The position numbers and the translations under genes are program-made. From positions 65,782,001 through 65,846,000 of the forward strand of contig NC_043009.1 in assembly GCF_006345805.1 (NCBI RefSeq): a stretch of DNA of 64,000 nucleotides, written 5' to 3'. The DNA comes from Octopus sinensis. Taxonomy: Eukaryota. This document shows, in pieces, positions 63,260 through 64,000 of this stretch. Numbering within the stretch: position 1 is the first letter of the stretch; every line of letters starts with the position of its first letter. The notes beneath the pieces were generated by a model. That model made no database searches. It was not told the origin of the DNA and saw nothing but the letters and a program-made list of their open reading frames with translations.

Positions 63260-63747
63260 ATCGGCACAGGATACAAATATAAGATGATATATTTTCGGTC
63301 GCAGAGTTGCCGATATAACAGCAGAAACATTTGGTAAATTACCCTTACATCGGTTTGGAAGGCGGGGCAGCACCGAATGGCCTCCACGGTCACCTCACCT
63401 GACACCAATGGATTTCTTTTTTTGGCAGGTGTTGTAAAGAACAAGGTTTATGAGAAGAATCCCAAAACAGTAAATGATTTAAAAGCTTACATTTCTGACG
63501 CATTTCACTGAAATTGATGGAGATCGGAATTTGTGCTGCACTGTGTGTCAGAATGTTCTGAAGAGGGTTGAAGAATGTTGCAATGTTGAAGGAGGACATT
63601 TTGAGCATCTGAGAGATTAAAAATTGTCTGTTTAAGATGTGCATAAACAATGTGATTGTAAGACAGAAATTTAAATGTAATAAAATGTTCTAAAAGAAAT
63701 TTAAAGTGCCTACGTGATAACTGTAAACCTGCTTTTGGGCCGCCCTG
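63260..63747 (+). mobile_element. 3' half of a second DD41D-type Tc1/mariner element
   Basis: GRRGSTEWPPRSPHLTPMDFF..VKNKVYEKNPKTVNDLK..GGHFEHL*; terminus GGCCGCCCTG-TA. Confidence 0.82.
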
Positions 63748-63904
63748 TATATTGCACAGGGCCTGAACTTGACCTCGCGGTTACAGTCAATTTGACTATT
63801 AATTGTATCGCTTTGAATTTTGACCGATTCTGAATTTCTCGACCCGGAAAAGAAATTAGTAATAACCTGGACATGATTTGAACTCAATGTTAAAAGAAAC
63901 ACAA

Positions 63905-64000
63905 TTAAATACTCTTTTCTACTCTAGGCACAAGGCCCGAGATTTTTGGAGAGGGCGCCAGTCCATTAGATCGACCCCAGTACACAACTGGTACTTAATT
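63905..64000 (-). mobile_element. SINE family B variant 3' part (runs off the window end)
   Basis: GGCACAAGGCCCG..GATCGACCCCAGTAC.CAACTGGTACTTAATT as at 37915-38010. Confidence 0.65.

Noticed and set aside
63100-63444. ORFs spanning the N gap
   Set aside because: Artefacts of translating through unknown bases.

Overview
Repeat-saturated, AT-rich animal genomic DNA. The SINE families and extreme microsatellite load resemble an octopus or other coleoid cephalopod genome (inference from recalled family resemblance, not a database hit). I recognise no intact host gene; nearly all listed ORFs are microsatellite artefacts or transposon remnants. The window holds about 25 tRNA-derived SINE copies of at least three families. 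It also holds (TAA)n-associated R4/Dong-type REL retrotransposon fragments with a 555-bp companion element, several RTE-clade LINE remnants, and a CR1-like 3' end. DNA transposons include a TIR-complete DD41D Tc1/mariner element, mariner and DD37D remnants, a Chapaev3-like remnant, a non-autonomous Helitron and a TA-MITE. There is a 100-N gap. The most notable signal is a ~570-bp head-to-head palindrome (49431-49998). Each arm is a tRNA-like Pol III head, a (TAA)n tract and a minimal type-I hammerhead ribozyme motif, suggesting a SINE-like, Penelope-type ribozyme retroelement. Related hammerhead-like and fold-back modules sit in TA microsatellites elsewhere. Other highlights are an RTE insertion with twin-priming geometry and a 16-bp TSD, a LINE/SINE shared 3' stem-loop with compensatory changes, and a TSD-bounded chimeric SINE. 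All alignments and folds were done by eye.
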